The notes under the pieces were generated by a model. It made no database searches. It saw only the letters and a list, made by a program, of their open reading frames with translations, and was not told where the DNA came from. This document shows positions 60,068-64,000 of a DNA stretch of 64,000 bases, piece by piece. Each line of letters begins with the position of its first letter. The first letter of the stretch is position 1. Both the position numbers and the translations under genes were made by a program. This DNA comes from a candidate division FCPU426 bacterium (lineage in GTDB: Bacteria > Oederibacteriota > Muellerivitia > Muellerivitales > Muellerivitaceae): NCBI GenBank assembly GCA_963771075.1, contig CAVYSE010000028.1, positions 320,001-384,000 of the forward strand, read 5' to 3'.

Positions 60068-61358
60068 GAACGTCAAGATCGATGTCCATCACGTCACCCG
60101 GATTGAGGGCCACGGCAACCTAGTGGTTCGGGCCGCGGACGGGAAGGTGGAAAAGGCCGAATGGCAGGTGCCCGAGGCCCCGCGATTCTTCGAATCCTTT
60201 GTGCGGGGTCGCAAGTGGGACGAGGTGCAGGGCGTGGTCTCGCGCATTTGCGGCATCTGCTCCATCAGCCACTCGCTGGCGGCCATCAAGGCCGTGGAAA
60301 ACGCCTTCAAGATCCAGCTGACCGAGGAACTGAACCAGCTTCGCACCCTCACCCACTATTCGGAAATGCTTCAGAGCCACGTGTTGCACGTGGGTTACCT
60401 GATCGCGCCGGACCTTCTGGGCGTGAAATCGGTGGTGCCCCTGGTGGAGACCCACCTGGCCGTGGTGAAAAAGATCGTGGCCCTTCACCGGGCCGCCAAT
60501 GAGTGGTCGGACCTCTTGGCGGGCCGAACCACCCATCCCATCACCCTGGTGCCGGGAGGCTTTACCCGCATCCCCACCCAGCGCGAGTTCCGCGACCTGC
60601 ACAAGCGCCTCAGCGACCTGGTTCCCCTGGCCCAGGAAGTGGCCGAGGTGGTCCTGTCCCTCGCCGACAAACTGCCCGGCTTCACGCGGGAGACCGAGTA
60701 TGTGGCCCTGAAAAAACCCGGAATCTACGCCTTCTATGAGGGCGAGATCGCCTCCTCCGACCTGGGGGAGGTCACGAGCGTGAACCAGTTCGAGAAGGTG
60801 GTGAACGAGTACGTCACGCCCCAATCCACGGCCAAGTGGGCCCGCTGGCACCGAGACTCCTACGCGGTGGGGGCCCTCGCCCGCTATAACCTGAACCGGG
60901 AGGAGCTATCGCCCCTGGCCAAGAAATGGGCCCAGATGTTCGGCCTGGGGGAAAAGGTGATCAACCCCTATTTGAACTCGGTGGTCCAGCTGGTGGAATG
61001 CGCCCATGTGCTGGAGCATTCCCTCTCGATGTTGGAAGGGATGATGACGAACCCGCCCAAAACTGCGAAGGTGGAATTTCAGGTGAGAGCGGGCAACGGC
61101 GCCGCCGCGGTGGAGGCCCCGAGGGGCATCCTGTTCCACCGCTACCAGTTCAACGAGGACGGGGTTTGCACCGCCGCCAACCTGTGCATTCCGACCAACC
61201 AGAACCACGGGAACCTGCAGAAAGACGTGGAAGCCCTGGTCCCTTCCATCCTCAACCTGAGTCAGAACGACATCCAGAAGTACCTGGAGATGCTGGTCCG
61301 CTCCTATGATCCCTGCGTGTCCTGTTCGACCCATTACCTGGACGTCAAGTTCGTTTAA
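60060..61358 (+). CDS. group 3b NiFe hydrogenase large (alpha) subunit
   Basis: TRIEGHG, RICGICS, EAPRG.LFH, DPCVSCSTH plus short extension. Confidence 0.92.
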   Translation: MPKNVKIDVHHVTRIEGHGNLVVRAADGKVEKAEWQVPEAPRFFESFVRGRKWDEVQGVVSRICGICSISHSLAAIKAVENAFKIQLTEELNQLRTLTHYSEMLQSHVLHVGYLIAPDLLGVKSVVPLVETHLAVVKKIVALHRAANEWSDLLAGRTTHPITLVPGGFTRIPTQREFRDLHKRLSDLVPLAQEVAEVVLSLADKLPGFTRETEYVALKKPGIYAFYEGEIASSDLGEVTSVNQFEKVVNEYVTPQSTAKWARWHRDSYAVGALARYNLNREELSPLAKKWAQMFGLGEKVINPYLNSVVQLVECAHVLEHSLSMLEGMMTNPPKTAKVEFQVRAGNGAAAVEAPRGILFHRYQFNEDGVCTAANLCIPTNQNHGNLQKDVEALVPSILNLSQNDIQKYLEMLVRSYDPCVSCSTHYLDVKFV

Positions 61359-61394
61359 CGCCTGTCCGGGCGCCGGTTTCCCTATAATCTTCCC

Positions 61395-61874
61395 ATGGAA
61401 AACCGGCGCTCCCAACCCGATGCGATCGTGGCCCTCGGCAACCCCTTCATGGGGGATGAGGGTATCGGCCCCTTTTTGTTGGACCGTTTACGCAAGGATT
61501 CCCGACTGCCCTCCCAAGTAGACCTGATCGACACGACCGGCAATATCCTGACCGCTCTTCACGCCCTTTCCGACCGCCGCAAGGTCATGTTTTTGGACTG
61601 CGCCCTCATGGGTTTAAAACCCGGAGATTTCCGCCTTTTTCACCCTTCCCAAGCGCAAACCGAAAAGAACCTGCCCGGGCTTTCCCTGCACGAGGGGGAC
61701 CTTTTGGGGATGCTGCGAACCTCCGGGCTTTTGGGCGAATCGGCGGAAGAAGTGCTGATCTTTGGCGTCGAACCCGAAAGGGTGGAGCCGAAACAAGGCC
61801 TCTCGGCAACCCTTTCTTCCCGGCTGGACCAGTATCTCTCGGAAATTTTGAGGGAATTCAAAAACCAGGTTTGA
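61395..61874 (+). CDS. hydrogenase maturation protease
   Basis: LGNPFMGDEGIG, DCA, SLH; follows the large subunit gene. Confidence 0.88.
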   Translation: MENRRSQPDAIVALGNPFMGDEGIGPFLLDRLRKDSRLPSQVDLIDTTGNILTALHALSDRRKVMFLDCALMGLKPGDFRLFHPSQAQTEKNLPGLSLHEGDLLGMLRTSGLLGESAEEVLIFGVEPERVEPKQGLSATLSSRLDQYLSEILREFKNQV

Positions 61875-62147
61875 TTTTTCCGTTCTCTGTTCTGGTCCAA
61901 AATCGGTTGACCTCCACATGTAAAGAACCCGGAATTCCGGGGGCATGGTTTCCTTCGGGATGAACGTTTTCTGAAAACGTTCAACTCTCCGCGATTGGGA
62001 AAACGTTAGGCCCAAAAAAAGGCAGTTCCCCCTTTCTCCTCCTCCCTCCCGGTGCTAATTTGAACTTGGGGGATCCCTCCCCTCCTTTCCCAAAACAATT
62101 TTCCAACCGCTTGAAATACGGAATCTTTTCACTTCCCGGAGGTTTCC

Positions 62148-64000
62148 ATGCCCAAACATCAAGTGGTTCCCTTGCCCTCGGATCATCTCGACCAGCTGCC
62201 GCTCTTGGGCCATGATTTAAAAACGGCCTTGAGCTACGCTTCTTTTTATTCCGTCGAGAGTCCGTTCGTCTCGCAGTCCATCCAAAAATTCCACAAATCC
62301 CTGACGCGGTTGATCGAAAAGATCGGTCCCCTTTTCATTTGGCGCAGGGATTCGAAACTTTATTTGAACGGCACCGAATGGACCGACATGTTCGATTTCA
62401 CGGAGACCCTGGAGAACAAGGGTATGGACGGGATCGAAGTCCAGGCCCACCTCTCGGTGGGGGAACTGACCCTCTGGCTGAAATGGGCCACCTTTCCGGT
62501 GGCGAAACCCAACCCGGAGTTGAGGGCCCATTGCCCCCATTTGCGCTTCCTGGATAAGGAAGAAACTGAGACCTTTGAGTTGCCTTCCCCGTCCCTCGGG
62601 GAAGAGGTTCTGGTGGACGATTCCCCCGAGGTTCCGGAATCCGTGGTCCCCTCAGCGGCTGAAAAGACTCCGGGAACGAAAGCGGCCCAGGCGGGGAAGA
62701 AACCCGAACCATCTCGCCCGGCACTTGGAACACCCAAGGAATTAAATACTCCCCTACCACAAGAAACTCCGGCCCGGGAAACCCTTTTAAGTTTCCTGGC
62801 GGAGGCATGGCAACACGCCCAGCTCCAACGCCGATTGGTGGGAACCAGCGCGGAATCGGCGACCCTGACCCAATCCTTTGAGAAACTTTTCGGCAGGCTC
62901 TTGGACCGCATCGAAAATAACGGGCCCGAGTTCGAGCATATCGCTCGGTGGTTCAAGGCCAACGAAGGCGACCTGATGGACAGGAACTCCTCGGAAGCTA
63001 TGGTTCCGCTGATGGAAACGGCGGTTGAACATGACTGGACCTCCGTTCTCTTTGATCCCTCCACAGCGGGCTTGGTGAACGACTGCCTGGCCCATTGGGG
63101 AGCCACCGGCAAATCCGGTCTGGTTGAGAAAACCGTAACACGCCTGGCGGAGGGCCTGACCGGAGACCGCTATGAGCGGGAACTGGCCCTGACCCATTTG
63201 ATGGACGCTCGCCCCTGGGTGCACCGCCGTGAGCTGGTGGATAGGGTGCTGGAGAATCTCAACCTTCTGTTGGCCAACGAGACCTCCCCTTCCCTCTATC
63301 AAAGCGGCTTACTCCTGGCGTGGGACCTGGTGGAGCCGGCCCTCCAAACCACCAACGAGTCGCACGTGCTGAACCTCCTGGCAACCCTTCATTTCCACGC
63401 CGATGAGGACAACTCCGCCTTTCCCGACCGCAACCGAATCGCCCGCCATTGGCTCTTTGAGCGGTCCAACGCCGAGCTCGTGAGGAAGCTGGCGGGCTGC
63501 GCTTTCCATGCCGGACAATTGAGGCACTTTCCGCTTTTGGGGGAAATGGCCGCTCCCCTGCTCCTGCAGGATTTTGTCCAAGCCCCGCCAGAGGAAAAGC
63601 CCAACCTGATTCCGATCCTCTCCGAATTGCGTGAGCCGGTCCAATCCGTTTTGGCCGAGCAATTGGCGGAAATGAATGAGGAAGAGGAAGTAAAATCCCT
63701 TTTCCCCCTTCTACGCGTCTCGGGTTTCGACCCCTCCCTGGGCCTTCTCTTGGCGGGTTGGCTCTCCCGGGGAAGCCATGACCTCAAGTTGAGGTTGCTG
63801 GCCCTGATCGAGGAATTGAAAGACCCCATTTCCGGGTTGGCCCTCCGCCTGGCTTTGTTCGACGATTCGGAGGAAATCGCGGCGCGGGCGGCACGGGTAG
63901 CGGGACGGATCGGCTACCAGGCGGCGCTTCCGGTGCTGTTCAAGGCGGCTAAGCTTCGGGAAGGGCGCTTCCCCAACAACGATCAATACTTGATCGCGGT
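62148..64000 (+). CDS. HEAT-repeat protein, 3'-truncated by the window edge (absent from the ORF track)
   Basis: GGAGG RBS then ATG 62148 (MPKHQVVP...); frame open to the end; HEAT-like ALFDDSEEIAARAARVAGRIG. Confidence 0.75.
   Translation, partial: MPKHQVVPLPSDHLDQLPLLGHDLKTALSYASFYSVESPFVSQSIQKFHKSLTRLIEKIGPLFIWRRDSKLYLNGTEWTDMFDFTETLENKGMDGIEVQAHLSVGELTLWLKWATFPVAKPNPELRAHCPHLRFLDKEETETFELPSPSLGEEVLVDDSPEVPESVVPSAAEKTPGTKAAQAGKKPEPSRPALGTPKELNTPLPQETPARETLLSFLAEAWQHAQLQRRLVGTSAESATLTQSFEKLFGRLLDRIENNGPEFEHIARWFKANEGDLMDRNSSEAMVPLMETAVEHDWTSVLFDPSTAGLVNDCLAHWGATGKSGLVEKTVTRLAEGLTGDRYERELALTHLMDARPWVHRRELVDRVLENLNLLLANETSPSLYQSGLLLAWDLVEPALQTTNESHVLNLLATLHFHADEDNSAFPDRNRIARHWLFERSNAELVRKLAGCAFHAGQLRHFPLLGEMAAPLLLQDFVQAPPEEKPNLIPILSELREPVQSVLAEQLAEMNEEEEVKSLFPLLRVSGFDPSLGLLLAGWLSRGSHDLKLRLLALIEELKDPISGLALRLALFDDSEEIAARAARVAGRIGYQAALPVLFKAAKLREGRFPNNDQYLIA

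Noticed and set aside
51875..63986. Many long antisense or off-frame ORFs in the track
   Set aside because: Shadows of GC-rich genes with clear motifs on the other frame or strand
1..64000. CRISPR array, integron, prophage, IS, rRNA or tRNA
   Set aside because: No regularly spaced direct repeats, attC-like sites, integrase, transposase or RNA-gene signatures were recognised by eye

Overview
Bacterial chromosomal segment (mostly GC-rich, with several short AT-rich islands) in four blocks. (1) 0.7-24 kb, cell envelope and lipids: an FkbH-ACP-MBOAT-SGNH-(MaoC dehydratase/SDR) acyl-transfer operon, three paralogous secreted NHL-propeller/SGNH proteins, hpnCDE squalene synthesis, three paralogous GT-C(ArnT/PMT-like)+TPR membrane proteins, a four-helix-bundle protein and a CDF metal exporter. 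(2) 24-35 kb: addAB split by a lipoprotein gene and a PemK/MazF toxin-antitoxin pair, then ispH, an oxidoreductase and a LysM lipoprotein. (3) 35-62 kb: a hydrogen-metabolism supercluster with three NiFe hydrogenases (Ech, Hox, sulfhydrogenase-type), hypABCDEF and two maturation proteases, interrupted by HicBA, mobile mystery A/B and AT-rich orphan genes. Many genes from 38-58 kb carry single-base frameshifts, probably sequence errors. (4) A HEAT-repeat protein running off the right end. Most notable: two TA modules each sit beside a diverged, dead duplicate of the terminus of the neighbouring core gene (addB 3' end, hypE 5' end) with no integrase; a Dlt/Alg-like pathway predicted to put glyceryl or lactyl groups on a surface polymer; a TATGA-N6-TCATA palindrome upstream of all three hydrogenase operons; and palindromic repeats inserted in frame in addA and addB. 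No rRNA, tRNA, CRISPR, integrase or transposase was recognised. All calls come from motif reading and hand alignment, not database searches.
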